Shown here in pieces: positions 63,819 through 64,000 of a stretch of DNA of 64,000 bases (positions are counted from its first letter, which is position 1; the number at the start of each line of letters is the position of its first letter). Source of the stretch: Pseudomonadota bacterium (lineage in GTDB: Bacteria > Myxococcota_A > UBA9042 > CAIXZC01); assembly GCA_043815665.1 (NCBI GenBank), contig JBDRIT010000025.1, positions 145,490-209,489 on the forward strand. The letters are read 5' to 3'. The notes under the pieces were generated by a model that was not told the origin of the DNA, made no database searches, and saw only the letters and a list, made by a program, of their open reading frames with translations. The position numbers and the translations under genes were made by a program.

Positions 63819-64000
63819 CGATCCGCGACAGGGACGCGCGCTGACGGTCCGTGAGACCGCCGGGGAGGCGGACCTTGACGTCGAACCCTCCGATGCGCTT
63901 GGGGTTCACCGCGCCGGTCCACTCGATGTCCACCCGGAAGCCGTCGGTGGCCAGCTCGTTCCGCCGCAGGTAGTCCACGGCGTAGAAGGCGACACAGCCG
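63742..64000 (-). CDS. OsmC/Ohr family protein, 5'-partial (continues beyond the window end)
   Basis: The frame is open to nt 64000 (…GCVAFYAVDYLRRNELATDGFRVDIEWTG...KACTVHKTLEHPPEIQVELVENAG). Confidence 0.6.
   Translation of the reverse strand, partial: GCVAFYAVDYLRRNELATDGFRVDIEWTGAVNPKRIGGFDVKVRLPGGLTDRQRASLSRIVKACTVHKTLEHPPEIQVELVENAG

Noticed and set aside
1-64000. tRNA/rRNA genes, transposases, integrases, phage genes
   Set aside because: No cloverleaf-compatible GTTCRA T-arm was found in the non-coding gaps, and no ORF has recombinase or transposase motifs. The window looks like chromosomal accessory or secretome sequence rather than a mobile element.

Overview
This is a high-GC (~68%) bacterial window. 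MYXO-CTERM sorting tails, Myxococcus-type cysteine-rich repeats, many lipobox lipoproteins and sigma70-like promoter elements point to a Myxococcota-like genome (inference). No rRNA, tRNA, CRISPR array, transposase or integrase was found. Almost all long ORFs antisense to the genes called here are GC-driven artefacts.

Core and housekeeping-like genes:
- gatE (5'-partial) and gatD, an archaeal-type amidotransferase pair with an ATGA overlap.
- A ribosomal protein S1 homologue.
- An acyl-CoA carboxylase carboxyltransferase (PccB-like).
- An ArsA-family ATPase followed by a coupled M16 peptidase pair.
- A BaiN/HI0933-type flavoprotein.
- A CPBP (CAAX-type) intramembrane protease.
- An NAD-dependent epimerase.
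- A PAS-GGDEF diguanylate cyclase.
- A GNAT acetyltransferase.
- An OsmC-like gene (5'-partial at the window end).

Secretome-rich accessory content makes up more than half of the CDS, which carry signal peptides or lipoboxes:
- A TPR protein and a Cys-rich lipoprotein.
- A VWA lipoprotein.
- Two tandem metzincin proteases with MYXO-CTERM tails.
- A 1059-aa lipoprotein with a (PGDGVE)n linker.
- Three ASST-like (aryl-sulfotransferase-like) beta-propeller paralogues.
- An S33 alpha/beta-hydrolase.

The most striking feature is a ~13.4 kb minus-strand operon of five translationally coupled genes (35366..48788). Its products are:
- an OM beta-barrel;
- a 1645-aa lipoprotein carrying a hierarchical array of Cys-rich repeats (~25% Cys);
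- an OmpA-family protein with a ~30-proline linker;
- two Myxo-type Cys-repeat lipoproteins, one with an FGE-sulfatase (SUMF1-like) domain and one with a beta-propeller-like domain.
A Bacteroidetes-style hybrid two-component regulator (periplasmic beta-propeller, Y_Y_Y, histidine kinase, receiver, AraC HTH) sits immediately upstream and co-directionally. The intergenic region between it and the operon contains a 21-bp-phased direct repeat.

Other notable signals:
- An ORF that fuses a MYXO-CTERM-bearing protein to a downstream lipoprotein.
- A perfect 8-1-8 palindrome embedded in a -35/-10 promoter.
- A REP-like 26-bp-stem hairpin element present at two convergent intergenic sites.
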